Position numbers and translations under genes: made by a program
The notes under the pieces: model-generated
Told to the model about the DNA's origin: nothing
Databases searched by the model: none
Seen by the model: only the letters and a program-made list of their open reading frames with translations
NCBI RefSeq assembly: GCF_022539665.2
Contig: NC_081331.1
Coordinates: 8,494,001-8,558,000, forward strand
Length of the DNA stretch: 64,000 nt
Reading direction: 5' to 3'
Origin: Daphnia carinata
Lineage: Eukaryota
Shown: positions 63,821-64,000 of the stretch, piece after piece
How positions within the stretch are numbered: the stretch's first letter is position 1
Layout: every line of letters begins with the position of its first letter

Positions 63821-64000
63821 TAGAGGATATGGATTTTGAGTAATCGAAGAACTTTGATGCGTCACGCTAGGTTAGGCTAGTTTGTTGCGTACTGGCGCGC
63901 CACATCAATATATATGGCCGAGAGAAATTTTAAGCCCGACATAAAAATAAACCCGACTGTTCCTTTAAAAAAATAATACCATTAGATATAAATTACTATA

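Overview
Eukaryotic, AT-rich, short-intron genomic DNA. An arthropod such as a Daphnia-like branchiopod is likely, but this is inference and not proven. There is no CRISPR array, operon or rRNA. The first 5.1 kb holds an intact minus-strand class-3 (fatty) aldehyde dehydrogenase gene with two duplicated 116-nt exons that look mutually exclusive, plus candidate alternative first and last exons. The rest is a transposon graveyard that can be resolved with exact TIRs, LTRs and target-site duplications (TSDs). It starts with a compound hAT element in the ALDH promoter region, a P-family MITE, and an intron-containing Mtr4/SKIV2L2 pseudogene fragment cut by a Helitron and a TA-MITE. Next is a 37-kb nest inside a ~1-kb palindromic Tc1/mariner-type MITE (16180-53446). 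That nest contains BEL/Pao element 1, which holds an EnSpm/CACTA element (itself holding a MITE and a THAP P-element) and a Pack-MULE-like element carrying AIF, GABA-transaminase and unknown-gene exons plus a full-length RNase H-encoding LINE. It also contains a GG-ended foldback element holding BEL/Pao element 2 (with an extra gag-knuckle ORF), a Copia remnant and a hAT MITE with a collapsed LTR element. Downstream is the 3' part of an LTR element encoding a class III-like viral fusion glycoprotein and an accessory ORF, then a decayed EnSpm and further MITE ends. The most interesting signals are the env-bearing LTR element, the animal Pack-MULE-like gene-fragment chimera and the ALDH3 exon switch.
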